64,000 bases of DNA from Phycisphaerae bacterium (GTDB lineage: Bacteria; Planctomycetota; Phycisphaerae; WQYP01), in contig DATJSN010000001.1 of the NCBI GenBank assembly GCA_035504095.1, positions 54,519 to 118,518 of the forward strand, in the 5' to 3' direction. The position numbers were made by a program, and so were the translations under genes. Positions within the stretch are counted from its first letter, which is position 1, and the number at the start of each line of letters is the position of its first letter. The notes below the pieces were generated by a model. That model did not search any database, was not told the origin of the DNA, and was given only the letters and a program-made list of their open reading frames with translations. This document shows, one piece after another, positions 37,913-48,500 of the stretch.

Positions 37913-40900
37913 TTATATCGACGGCTCGGCCCCGATGGTTCCCACCAAATGTTTGACATATTCCGGATCGCTCACCCGGGCAAATTGAGATTCGGCTTCG
38001 GCAAGCCTGGCTTGCATTTCCAAATGGCCGCTTCCACTTTCACTGCCCGATTCGTCGATAAAGGCCTGCACGCTTTGAATGTGCCGTTTCCATAGGGCAA
38101 TGTCGCGCTCTTGTTTGGTCTTCAGCCGGTCGTGATACCACTGGCTGCTGAGCAAATAATCACGGGTAAACATGGCGCGAATATCGGGGTGATGAACGTC
38201 TTTACCCTCATAATTGCCGTGGGCCATGATGTGCAAGAGCGCCTTGAGCGGAGGGCAGGCCGTTTCGACTGAACCATCCTCAAAATATCCCAAGGCCACG
38301 CGCTGCTGGGTTTGCACAATGTTCATAATGCCGTCGACATAAACATCCATACTTTGACTTTCAGGCTTGAGCATGGCCAAATCAAAAATGCGGGCTGGAT
38401 TGTCAAAAATTCGGCCGAGGAACGTACGCATGAACTTGGCAGTGATGCGATAGCCGAGACGGCTGGCGGGCACCGGACCGTCCTTGTAAAGAAAATCATG
38501 AAGCTTTTCCAAATGGCCATTGGTAATCAGAAATTCCGGCTCGCGTTCGTGAGGATGCAAACGGCACCATAGTTCCGGGATCAGCAGGCTGATGTCGTGA
38601 TCGACACGGCAATTCGGGCCGACATAACCAGCGGCGGTGGAAAATCCACCCAGACCAGTGAGTATGTAGCTGACCAGCGCGGCGTTGAGATCGGCGGTGG
38701 TTTGCAGGGCATTAAAGGGCCCTTTGGTCATGGCGCCTTCGCTGCCAGCGCCGGTGGTAGAAGGACTTTTTCCGGTGAGGCTGGAAATAAAATCCATGAA
38801 CAGTTCAGGCAATTCCTGGTAATGAATAGGGTTAAATACAGCCAGAGCACGTATGCCGGATTCGGGATCGGGCGGATTATTGCGCCGCCCTAGCAAAACT
38901 GCGTGAACAGGAAAGGCGATGGTGGTTGTCAACGGCAGCGCTCGCGCCAGGCGGACGCCTATCTGGGCGACATAAGTGTCGAGCGGTTTGGCCAGGTCGG
39001 TGCGGAATTGCAAATAGCGCGGATTTTTTGATGGCTTACCGCCAATAAGCCGGGGATGGGCGGACGAAACCACATAACCATCGCCGGCGTTGGCGGCCTG
39101 GGTGAGCAATTCTTTCATTGGAGGCGTGTAGCCGTCGAATTCGGTGATACGTCCGACAATTTCTCGTATTGCATGTGTGTCGAGCGGTTCGAAATTAGAG
39201 AGAAAGTTGTCTTTTTGCGCCAGGTCCGACTCGGTCTGCTTATCCAGGCCGGGGTGAATGGCGTCATCAGGGCGCTGGAAGAGCCGTTGTTCAACGTTGG
39301 TCACCAGCTTCAGGCTCGGTCCGGACAGGCCGAACGGTTTGGAATGGATCCAGGAAACCGGCAGGGTAACCGAAGCGGAGATGTCGTCTTCCATCTGGAT
39401 TTTGGCGGCCGGGAAAAAATCCTGGCGGACTTTAAACGTGCGCCACGCTCCATCGGGCAGCAGGCCGACGCGCAAATAGGTGCCGCCGACTTTACGGTTG
39501 TCCATCTTGAGTTCATGGCCCTGTTCGCCGTTGATGATGTCGACGGAAAAATGTTTGCGCCAGTCGTCGCCCCATTCCCGTTTGTAAAGGCGCTTGATCA
39601 GAAACACCAGCGCCAGAATGTCGCTGTGAATTGAACTGAGCCAGTGGTTGTACTCATCGGTGTAATCAGCAGTGGGGGTGAGCAGTTTGATCACGCTGCC
39701 CAGCGACCGCTCCAGACTCAAAATCGGACGGCTGGGTATTTGATCGTAATCGTGCGGCGCTTTGCCCGGTTTCCAACGAACGCTGTGATCTTTGAGCAGT
39801 ATTGCTTCAACCTGGTCCAGATCGTGCTGCAGATTCCCCACATAAATCGGGCCGTAGATCATGTAATCAGAAAGACTTTTGCTGATTTCGCTTTTGCCGC
39901 CGCCGCTGACCGTACATGGTTTGTGGCAGAAAACGCCTTCCGCGGAAGTTACAACGAGGCGAAAACGACCGGTTCCCGGATGCCGGCTCAGATAGACTTT
40001 CTGGCCGGACGGTGTCAGGTAAATATTGTCTGCCAGCAGGGGCAGGCTCTGCTCTTTGTCGTCGGTTTTCCATTGGATTTGCAGTGAGTGTAGATCCATG
40101 TGGGCGTCTTCGGGCAGATAAATAACATTGGGATGCAGTTTGTCCACGGCATAACCGGTGGGCGAAACGTCCATGATCGGGGCGTAGTCGCGAACCACAT
40201 CGGCAAAGGTCCGCCGATTCCAATATTTTTCATGCTGCACAAATTCATTGCCCAGGCTGTAGCTGGGATAGGCTACTGCGCCGCCGGCGTGTTCTTCTTC
40301 AGCGTTGCCCATCAGGTTGGCGGCAAAACTGATCTGAGTTTTAACTTCCTTTTTGCAATAACCGTAATAATTGTCAGCGATCAGGGTAACTATAACGCCC
40401 GCGGAACTGCGGCAGCAGACTTTGAACGCGGAGCCGCCGTTATATAGTTCATCCGGAGTTTTCCAGCACATGCCGTCGCGGCGCTGCCGCTCCGTGGCGT
40501 CTTTAAACTCTGGCAGGCCGAGTTGTTTTTTGGTCAGGCTGACCAGGTGCGGTGCCAGGATGACACAGCCCGTGTGCCCGGTCCAGTGATAAACGTCCAG
40601 GCCGGCGTCGTTTTCCGGCAATACAGGATCACCGGCGTTGCCGAAAATCGATTCGACAAAGTCCAGATTGCTTACGAGGCTGCCAGGTGCAAAGAAGCGG
40701 CACTCCATGGTTTTTTGCGGGCTGGTGGCGGGAATTTCCGGAACGACAATGGGCCGGAGCAATAATGAACAGAAAATTTCCACCGGGTGCGCGGCGTCGG
40801 CCGTATAGGGCAGCAATAAAAACTGGCGCGGTGGATTAACCGCGTGGCGGAACAAGGCTGCAAAAACGTGCGCGGAGACCGCGATTTTGTCCGCCGGAAC

Positions 40901-41362
40901 CGGCAGGCCGCAGTCCGCGATGTGGAACGTTCCCTGCGTGGTGCGCCGGTCGCTGCGCGGATTGTGCAATACGCCGTTGCGCACGCGATAACTTGTAAGC
41001 AGATTGCTTTCAAAATGATCACGACCTTCAGGAAATGAAAGCTCCCGTGACAGTCCCGGTTCATCGAGGCTCAGCGTGGACGACGGCAGGCGCAATGGTT
41101 CTCGAAGATTCAGTGGCGCAAATAATTCGGCGAGAAAGGTTTCGATGCGGCGGTCGGCCGGACAACGGTAATGGCGGAGCAGTAGGCTCTTCTGGCGGAA
41201 ATTAGCCAAAAGACCGGAGGCAAGATGTTCCAGTCCGTCGCCCTGAGTGTTTTGCTCATCGGATGTAAAACCGAGCGCCTGAAACTTCAGACGGATAAAG
41301 CGGTCGATGGCGGCGCGACCATTGGCGGCGGTGGGGCTTTTTTGAGTACCGACGTGCGACAT
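37913..41362 (-). CDS. Large (1149 aa) cytoplasmic protein of unknown function
   Basis: Uninterrupted 3.45 kb ORF. No signal peptide or TM segment. No motif I can assign. Co-directional with the methyltransferase and the S41 protease genes. Confidence 0.6.
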   Translation of the reverse strand: MSHVGTQKSPTAANGRAAIDRFIRLKFQALGFTSDEQNTQGDGLEHLASGLLANFRQKSLLLRHYRCPADRRIETFLAELFAPLNLREPLRLPSSTLSLDEPGLSRELSFPEGRDHFESNLLTSYRVRNGVLHNPRSDRRTTQGTFHIADCGLPVPADKIAVSAHVFAALFRHAVNPPRQFLLLPYTADAAHPVEIFCSLLLRPIVVPEIPATSPQKTMECRFFAPGSLVSNLDFVESIFGNAGDPVLPENDAGLDVYHWTGHTGCVILAPHLVSLTKKQLGLPEFKDATERQRRDGMCWKTPDELYNGGSAFKVCCRSSAGVIVTLIADNYYGYCKKEVKTQISFAANLMGNAEEEHAGGAVAYPSYSLGNEFVQHEKYWNRRTFADVVRDYAPIMDVSPTGYAVDKLHPNVIYLPEDAHMDLHSLQIQWKTDDKEQSLPLLADNIYLTPSGQKVYLSRHPGTGRFRLVVTSAEGVFCHKPCTVSGGGKSEISKSLSDYMIYGPIYVGNLQHDLDQVEAILLKDHSVRWKPGKAPHDYDQIPSRPILSLERSLGSVIKLLTPTADYTDEYNHWLSSIHSDILALVFLIKRLYKREWGDDWRKHFSVDIINGEQGHELKMDNRKVGGTYLRVGLLPDGAWRTFKVRQDFFPAAKIQMEDDISASVTLPVSWIHSKPFGLSGPSLKLVTNVEQRLFQRPDDAIHPGLDKQTESDLAQKDNFLSNFEPLDTHAIREIVGRITEFDGYTPPMKELLTQAANAGDGYVVSSAHPRLIGGKPSKNPRYLQFRTDLAKPLDTYVAQIGVRLARALPLTTTIAFPVHAVLLGRRNNPPDPESGIRALAVFNPIHYQELPELFMDFISSLTGKSPSTTGAGSEGAMTKGPFNALQTTADLNAALVSYILTGLGGFSTAAGYVGPNCRVDHDISLLIPELWCRLHPHEREPEFLITNGHLEKLHDFLYKDGPVPASRLGYRITAKFMRTFLGRIFDNPARIFDLAMLKPESQSMDVYVDGIMNIVQTQQRVALGYFEDGSVETACPPLKALLHIMAHGNYEGKDVHHPDIRAMFTRDYLLSSQWYHDRLKTKQERDIALWKRHIQSVQAFIDESGSESGSGHLEMQARLAEAESQFARVSDPEYVKHLVGTIGAEPSI

Positions 41363-41451
41363 GAATTAAGAGCCTCTAACAACTCTGACCCTCGTAAACC
41401 GTTTGAATGCCCTTCGCCGTTGGGGAAATATAGCCGATTTTAAAGTTAAAA

Positions 41452-41724
41452 TCACGAGGTTTTTGTGGGGGATTCTTCTGGCGGCGGAGTTTGTGGTGGA
41501 ATCTGCGGAATATCCTGAAAATGGCCCCAAATAAGAAAAAAAATGATAATACCGCAGGTGGTTGCTCCGGAAAGCTGCACAGCCCAGTCCATGGTGCTGC
41601 GCGGCGGCGCCAGATAATGGACGCTTAAAAACAGCGTGGCGATTCCCGCTAAAAGCGCCGCAGTGGTGGAAACCACATTGCAGATTATCCTGCGTTTATT
41701 CATCTTGCGCGACGTCCCCCTCAA
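41452..41724 (-). CDS. Small membrane protein, hypothetical
   Basis: Two TM helices, Pro-rich tail. The exact start is uncertain. Confidence 0.3.
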   Translation of the reverse strand: MRGTSRKMNKRRIICNVVSTTAALLAGIATLFLSVHYLAPPRSTMDWAVQLSGATTCGIIIFFLIWGHFQDIPQIPPQTPPPEESPTKTS

Positions 41725-41743
41725 GCCCGAAATTCAGAGGCTC

Positions 41744-44068
41744 TTAGTTCGAATCCGTTTGCACCAGTTGCAGGCGCATCAGCATTAAAGCAGTATCCAA
41801 CTGGGTATCGAACGTTTCCTCTCCCCCCGGACCGGTTGGCTGAGTTGCCGGCCGGGTGGTGGGAGCAGTATTTTTACCAGGAATAATGTCGTTGGCCAGC
41901 CAGGTTATCTCAAGACGATCCAATTGTCCCGGAGAAAACGGAACCCTGACATCCGGTTGCACGCCCCATTTAACGGCATAAGGCTGGCGTTGAATACTCT
42001 CGCCGTTGGGCAGGTAGTAGTTGGCCATGGTCAATTTCATCATGGCGGTTTGGTCATCGTCGAGGAAAATCTGGTTCTGTACGAGTCCCTTGCCGAAGCT
42101 CTGGTGACCGACGATCAGCGCGCGATGTAAATCGTGCATGGCGCCGCTGAAAATTTCCGAGGCGCTGGCACTGTTCTGATTGATCAGAAGAATCATCGGT
42201 ATATCGGGCGGCAAAACCGGCGCGCCGTCCGCGGATTGAACATCCAATGGGTCGCTGCGTCCGCGAGTGGACACGATGGTCCCTTCGGTGAGGAACATGT
42301 CACAGATGCGGATACAGGTTTCCAGTAAGCCGCCGGGATTATCCCGCAGGTCAATGATGATACCCCGAACGTGCTGTTGCATGAGCACGTCCAAAACCGA
42401 GAGCAATTCGTCCGCGGTGTCGCCCTGGAACTGTATGATGTGAATGTAGGCGATGCCATATTGGGGATCGATCATATAATTCCAGTCGTTGGTTGATGGA
42501 TCGCGGGAAATACCGGTTATGGAAACTTCGTGAATTTCGGCGCGTTTTAAAGGCATGATAATCAGATTGGGATTTGTACCCCGCCGGATACCCAGCGTAA
42601 CCATCGTGCCGGATTTACCGGTGATTTCATCGACCGCCTGGTCGACCGTGATGCCCAGAGTGCTTTTGCCATCCACGGTGGCGATGATGTCGCCGGGCTG
42701 AATGCCGGCTTCGTAAGCCGGCGAGCCGCTCAACGGGGTTACGACGGATAACCAGCCGTTGCGTATTTCGATCTGAATACCTACTCCGCTGAAACTTCCC
42801 TGAATCTGCTTCATGAACTCGGCCAATTCGCTGGGCCAGAAAACTTCGGAAAACGGATCCAGTTCGCTCATGGCGCCGTCGGTGAATTCCTTGACCAGAA
42901 CGATGACGGGAATATTCACCGTTTGCATGTCGCTGCGCACAAGACTCGTCCACATGTCGATAAGATCATTAGAGTTCATCGGTGTGGAAGATTCCGCCAC
43001 GGCGGTCTGGTTATCAATTTCGGCGAGAAATTGCGCGCGCTGCACGGGATCGTTAAGACCGCTGAAGCTGTCCGCCAAAGTGGGGGTGTTCACCAGCAGC
43101 CGCAAAGCGGTCAGGCCGCCGGTGGCCAGCTTGTTGTAACTAATCGCCTTGACGTAATAATCAAACGTTTGTTCGAGCGCCTCGAACATCATATCTTCGC
43201 GTATACCCTCGAGCGTGGTCTGCCATGTGGGGAAATTCGGCATTTGCGGATGAAAAGCATCCTGATAGTTCAGTGGTACATGCGACGCACCGATGGTAGC
43301 GGAAGGCTGGGAAGTCGGGGGCTTGTTACCCGGATGAACGGCGCTGGGTTGAGTGGACGGCTGAGTGGTTTGGGAAACGGACTGATCGAAGCTTTCCTGC
43401 ATCGCATAAAGCTGGGACGGCGTATATGTACTCAGCATGGTAATGCGGCTGGTGATCTGCTGAAGCTGATCGTGGAAACGCATGGAAATCGAGTAAATCG
43501 AGTTCAGAGTGTCATAAAGTTCAAACTCTTCGAGCCAATGTTGATTGGCATCATCGGAGGCGGCCTGGGCGGCTATTTTGTCCGTGATATCTTTTACCCA
43601 GAAAAGCTGCAAAAAGGCTGACTGATCCGGCGCCGCTTCATACGCGGCGTATAATTCCCCGGCAGCACCGATGTAATCATTCTTTTTGATGCTACCCTGG
43701 GCCGCCTGAGAGGCTTTGGTGAATAGTTTTTGCGCATCAGCAGCCTGCTGTTGCATCACCTGGACATATTCTTTTCGCCATTGATCGATCTGTGTTGTCA
43801 TCGGATCATCGCCCGGCGGGGGGGTAAGCGCTGCCAGGCCAACGATGTCCTGCATGCGGACCATTGAACCCACTTTTTCCAGGTAACCGGTCGCATTAAG
43901 CGTTGAATCCGGTGCGACGGACTGCGGGCTGGATACGGGCCATGCCGCGGAGGGAGCCAGGAGGCAGGCCACAAAAAAAACAATACCGGCTGAACTACGC
44001 AGGAGAAACGAACGAGAAATCATCAAAAACACCAATCCGGAAAGAACCAGGTAAAGCACAGATGGCAC
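41744..44068 (-). CDS. Carboxyl-terminal (tail-specific) protease, S41 family, with a PDZ domain and a long N-terminal extension
   Basis: PDZ 'SPAYEAGIQPGDIIATVDGKS'. S41 core 'IIDLRDNPGGL'. Catalytic Ser in 'NQNSASASEIF' and Lys in 'SFGKGLVQ'. Confidence 0.8.
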   Translation of the reverse strand: MPSVLYLVLSGLVFLMISRSFLLRSSAGIVFFVACLLAPSAAWPVSSPQSVAPDSTLNATGYLEKVGSMVRMQDIVGLAALTPPPGDDPMTTQIDQWRKEYVQVMQQQAADAQKLFTKASQAAQGSIKKNDYIGAAGELYAAYEAAPDQSAFLQLFWVKDITDKIAAQAASDDANQHWLEEFELYDTLNSIYSISMRFHDQLQQITSRITMLSTYTPSQLYAMQESFDQSVSQTTQPSTQPSAVHPGNKPPTSQPSATIGASHVPLNYQDAFHPQMPNFPTWQTTLEGIREDMMFEALEQTFDYYVKAISYNKLATGGLTALRLLVNTPTLADSFSGLNDPVQRAQFLAEIDNQTAVAESSTPMNSNDLIDMWTSLVRSDMQTVNIPVIVLVKEFTDGAMSELDPFSEVFWPSELAEFMKQIQGSFSGVGIQIEIRNGWLSVVTPLSGSPAYEAGIQPGDIIATVDGKSTLGITVDQAVDEITGKSGTMVTLGIRRGTNPNLIIMPLKRAEIHEVSITGISRDPSTNDWNYMIDPQYGIAYIHIIQFQGDTADELLSVLDVLMQQHVRGIIIDLRDNPGGLLETCIRICDMFLTEGTIVSTRGRSDPLDVQSADGAPVLPPDIPMILLINQNSASASEIFSGAMHDLHRALIVGHQSFGKGLVQNQIFLDDDQTAMMKLTMANYYLPNGESIQRQPYAVKWGVQPDVRVPFSPGQLDRLEITWLANDIIPGKNTAPTTRPATQPTGPGGEETFDTQLDTALMLMRLQLVQTDSN

Positions 44069-44129
44069 ACGCCAAGACCATCATCTTACGTATTCCACTA
44101 AACAAGGGTCAAGCAGACCAATTTTTGTC

Positions 44130-45491
44130 TCATGGCAACTCATTTGAATCAACCTTCGACGCAGCCGTTTTTCCCCGATGGCCGCGCACCAACAGGCGTA
44201 TCGGGATTTCCTTTAGTATAGTTCGCTGGCGAAGCTGCCGGATGAAAAACCGGCGGTATTCCTCAGTAATAAGCCGCGGATGGTTTACAAACAGCACGAT
44301 GGTCGGCGGGTTAATGTCGATCTGCGTGGCATAGTAAACCTTGACCATTTTTCCTTCCGCGTTGCTGGGACCACGCTGCCGGAGAATCTCTTCCACCGCT
44401 TGATTGAGCTGGCCGGTGCTCAGCCGCGTCGAAGCCTGCTGATGCAGGCCGAACGCCAGCCGTACGGTTTCGGCCACATTTTGGTCGTTTTTGGCGCTCA
44501 TAAACGTCATGGGAACGTAATCCAGGTTGGGAAATATCTTTTCTATGTACCGGCTGTATTGGCTCGGTTCGGCGGATGAGCCGACTAGGTCCCATTTATT
44601 GATGACGATCAATACGGGTTTAAACTCCGCCGTGATATAGGCCGCGAGTTTTTTATCCACGTCGCCGGATTCAGTAACGGCGTCGATCATCAGCAACACC
44701 ACGTTCGCCCGCCGGATGGAACGCTGCGCGCGATGAAAACTGTAAAATTCGATATCGGCGGCCCGCATGCGCGATTTTTTTCTTACGCCTGCGGTGTCGA
44801 TGACCACAATTGTTTTTCCGTCAAATTCCACGTGCACGTCGACGCTGTCGCGCGTTGTACCGGGAGTTTCAGAAACAATCACGCGCCGGCTGCCCGCAAG
44901 GGCATTAATCAACGTGCTTTTGCCGGCGTTGCGCCGTCCCACAACGGCGAGTTTAAGTTCCGGTTCGGTTGCCGCCTCAATCTGAGCCAGTGCGCCCAGA
45001 TTGGCCGCAATCGCATCGAGCAATTCCTGTTTACCACGATTCTGGGTGCACGAAACGTTGATTCCTTCGCCAAAACCCAGGGGAAAGAAATCCGCCTCCA
45101 GTGTTTTCATCGATGCAGAATCAATTTTATTGATGATCAACAGCACTGGTTTAGAGCTCTGGCGTAGGAGACGGGCGACTTCGGTATCCAATGCCACAAG
45201 GCCGCTGCGCGCATCGACTACGAATAAAAGCAAGTTCGCTGATTCGATGGCCTGGCGTATCTGGTCTTCGATTTCTCCGGTCAGATTATCCGGGTCTTTA
45301 ATTCCATAGCCGCCTGTATCGGTGAGTTCAAACCAGACGCCGTCGTGCTCGATCGGGGTGGATATGCGGTCACGCGTTACACCCGCGGTGGGATCAACGA
45401 TGGATATGCGCCGGCCCGCGAGGAAATTGAGCAAGCTCGACTTGCCCACATTGGGGCGGCCGACGATAGCAACATTGGGCGGATGGTTCAT
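44130..45491 (-). CDS. der: Ribosome-biogenesis GTPase Der (EngA)
   Basis: Two G-domains ('GRPNVGKSSL', 'GRRNAGKSTL') and a C-terminal KH-like domain. Confidence 0.9.
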   Translation of the reverse strand: MNHPPNVAIVGRPNVGKSSLLNFLAGRRISIVDPTAGVTRDRISTPIEHDGVWFELTDTGGYGIKDPDNLTGEIEDQIRQAIESANLLLFVVDARSGLVALDTEVARLLRQSSKPVLLIINKIDSASMKTLEADFFPLGFGEGINVSCTQNRGKQELLDAIAANLGALAQIEAATEPELKLAVVGRRNAGKSTLINALAGSRRVIVSETPGTTRDSVDVHVEFDGKTIVVIDTAGVRKKSRMRAADIEFYSFHRAQRSIRRANVVLLMIDAVTESGDVDKKLAAYITAEFKPVLIVINKWDLVGSSAEPSQYSRYIEKIFPNLDYVPMTFMSAKNDQNVAETVRLAFGLHQQASTRLSTGQLNQAVEEILRQRGPSNAEGKMVKVYYATQIDINPPTIVLFVNHPRLITEEYRRFFIRQLRQRTILKEIPIRLLVRGHRGKTAASKVDSNELP

Positions 45492-45512
45492 GGTGGAGTC
45501 TCTTAGAGGCCC

Positions 45513-48500
45513 TCAGGCGTTTTTTCCGCAGCATTGTTTGTATTTTTTGCCGCTGCCGCATGGGCAGGGATCGTTGCGGCCGACTTTGGGATCGGTGTTC
45601 TGAATCGGGGCGGCTTTATCCGGGACGTTCTGGGTATTGCCGCCGCCGCGTTGTGTTTGGCCGTCCTGTCCTGATGCCGTGGCGGCATCGACGCCATACG
45701 ACTGGCGTACGTCAAACCGCGCCCGCTGATTGGCATAAACATTACGCATCTGTTCAACCGAGGCGACCTTGATGCGGAAAATCACTTCCGTCACCCGTTC
45801 GCGCAGTGCCTTGAGAAATTCATTAAAAAGCCGCGACCCTTCGCGCTTGTATTCAATGATCGGATCGCGCTGGGCAATGCCCCTTAAGCCGATTGTGCCG
45901 CGGAGCTGATCCATGGCATACAGGTGATCTTTCCATGTGACGTCGAATATCTGCAGCAGCACCGATCTTTCCAGTTCGGTTAATTCCTTGCGCAAAAACG
46001 AATGCGCCAGTTCCGAAATGCGTTCGCGCCGTTCGGCGCCGTCTTCGCCTTCAAATTCATCCGGCGGGGCGATGGTCACGAACCTTTGGCTCACCCAGGC
46101 TGCGAGCGTTTTGGATTCCGGGAATTTTTCGACAGCTTCATCGATCTGCTTATCGATGGTTTCCGTTATATTGCGAGAGGCGTCCACAAGCATGGCGCGC
46201 AATTTGTCCGGCGGTGTGGCGCGAACCTGTTCGCCGGTCAGCGAAACCGCAAATTTTGCGCGAATCCATGCCGCGAACTGCTCGGAGGCGTAAACATTTT
46301 CAATGCCGCCGGCTCCCATGGTGGCTTGGATGGCGTAGTCGACCGGATATTCGATCTCGCGTTTCTGATAAGTCTTTCGGGCCAGGGCCAGAATCAGATC
46401 CACGGCCTGGTCCTGCGTTTTGCCGGCAAGGTCCTGTGCGGTGATGGGAATGGTGAATTTTTCCACGGCCCACCGGGCAAGTTCCTGTTCGGCATAGTTT
46501 TTGACAAGATATTTACTAAGCGGTGAAAAATCTTTTTGATCGATCTGATCCAGCGCTTTTTCCACCAGAGTATCCGCGATATGTTCGCGATCGAGCTTCT
46601 TGAGCTGGGCCTGACTGATCTGCACACGAAACTGGCTCATAACCCAGGCGGACAATCCCGCGTAGTCCCAATCCTCAGGGTCGGCGTCGGGATCCATAAA
46701 CTCCGATATCGAAATGTGGATATTGCCGCGAGCTTCCTCGCGAGCCTTGTTTTTGATCGTCATTTCCAACACCGCCAGTTCCGCATCGCGCAGTTCGGAC
46801 GGATCGATCGGCGTGTTCATATTGGTTCGAATCCATTCGCTGATGCAGGTTGGAACGTAGTCGCGATTGAGGTAAATGGACACAGCGTCGCGTACGGCGT
46901 CTTCAATGATTTCAAAAATTACCTGCTGCAGATTGCGTCCTTCCAGAATGGTCTGACGGACCGTGTAAAAATAACGCCGTTGGTGTTCGCGGATTTCGTC
47001 GTATTCCAACAGGCTTTTGCGAATGCCGAAGTTTCGTTCTTCGACTTTTTTCTGCGCCCGCTTGACGGTGCGCGACACCAGACCGTGTTCAATGGGTTCG
47101 TTTTCCTTTACGCCGAGGCGCTGCATCGCCCGCAGCATAAAGTCGCTGGCGAAAAGCTTCATCAAGTCATCTTCAAGGCTCAGGAAAAACCGCGACTTGC
47201 CCGGGTCGCCTTGCCGCCCGGATCGTCCGCGCAACTGATTGTCGATGCGCCGCGCTTCATGACGCTCGGTGCCCAGCACGAATAACCCGCCGGCTTCGAT
47301 GACACCCGGTCCCAGAGTGATATCCGTTCCGCGCCCGGCCATGTTGGTCGCAATGGTGACTGCACCGACGGTTTTGCTGAGTTTATCGACGTATTGGCGG
47401 CCCGCTTTGGCAATGATTTCCGCCTCGCGTTCGTGGTTTTTGGCGTTGAGCACCTCATGCTCAATTCCATAACGACGCGTAAGCATGTTGGAAAGCCGTT
47501 CGGATTTTTCCACACTGGTGGTGCCCACCAGAACGGGCTGGCCTTTTTCAGAAACTTCATGGATGGTTTCCAGAATGCTTTCCCACTTGGCGCGTTCGGT
47601 CATGTAAATCAGGTCGTCGAAATCCTGGCGAACCACCGGACGATTGGTTGGAATAGTTACAACTTCAAGGTTGTAAATCTTCTGGAATTCCTCCGCCTCG
47701 GTCATGGCCGTGCCGGTCATGCCCGCCAGCTTGGCGTAAAGTTTGAAGAAATTCTGAATGGTGATGGTGGCGATCGTCTGCGTTTCGGGTTTGACGCGTA
47801 CGCGTTCTTTGGCTTCGGTCGCCTGATGCAAACCTTCGCTCCATTGGCGGCCCACCATTAAACGGCCGGTGAATTCATCCACGATAATTACTTCGCCGTT
47901 TTGCACCACGTAATCGCGGTCTTTTTCGTAGACCACGTGGGCGCGCAGGCTTTGTTCCAGGAGGTGCGGCCAGTCCATGTTACTGCCGATATAAAACGAA
48001 CCCACGCCGGCAAATTCCTGCGCCATTTTTATTCCTTCGTGGGTTAATTGGACGGATTTTCGATCGAGTTCAACTTCGTACAACTGGACCTGAGTCGCGA
48101 GGTGTTGCTCGGCCTTTTGCAATTCCGGCTGGGTGTCGGCAATCAGCTTCTGAAGCCTGGTGATTTTTTCCTGATCGCCGCGCGAGTTTTTAATATCGCC
48201 TTCGGAACCTTTGATGATCCGCTGCAACTGCTCTACACGTTCGTTGGCCTGATCCCAGGGCTTCTGGGCTGCAATAAGTTTGCGGGCAACTTCGTCGGCG
48301 GCGCGATAGCGCGGAGAGTCGTCGTGGGCCGGGCCGCTGATGATCAGGGGTGTGCGGGCTTCGTCGATGAGAATGCTGTCCACTTCATCGACGATCGCAT
48401 AGTGCAAAGGGCTTTGCACTTGTTCCTGTATGCTTTGCTTCATGTTGTCGCGGAGATAATCAAACCCAAATTCGCTTGCGGTACCATAGGTGACATTACA

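Noticed and set aside
37286-41038. Numerous 60-190-aa ORFs on the plus strand opposite the methyltransferase and the 1149-aa gene
   Set aside because: They are spurious open frames in high-GC antisense sequence. The long minus-strand ORF is uninterrupted and is the credible gene.
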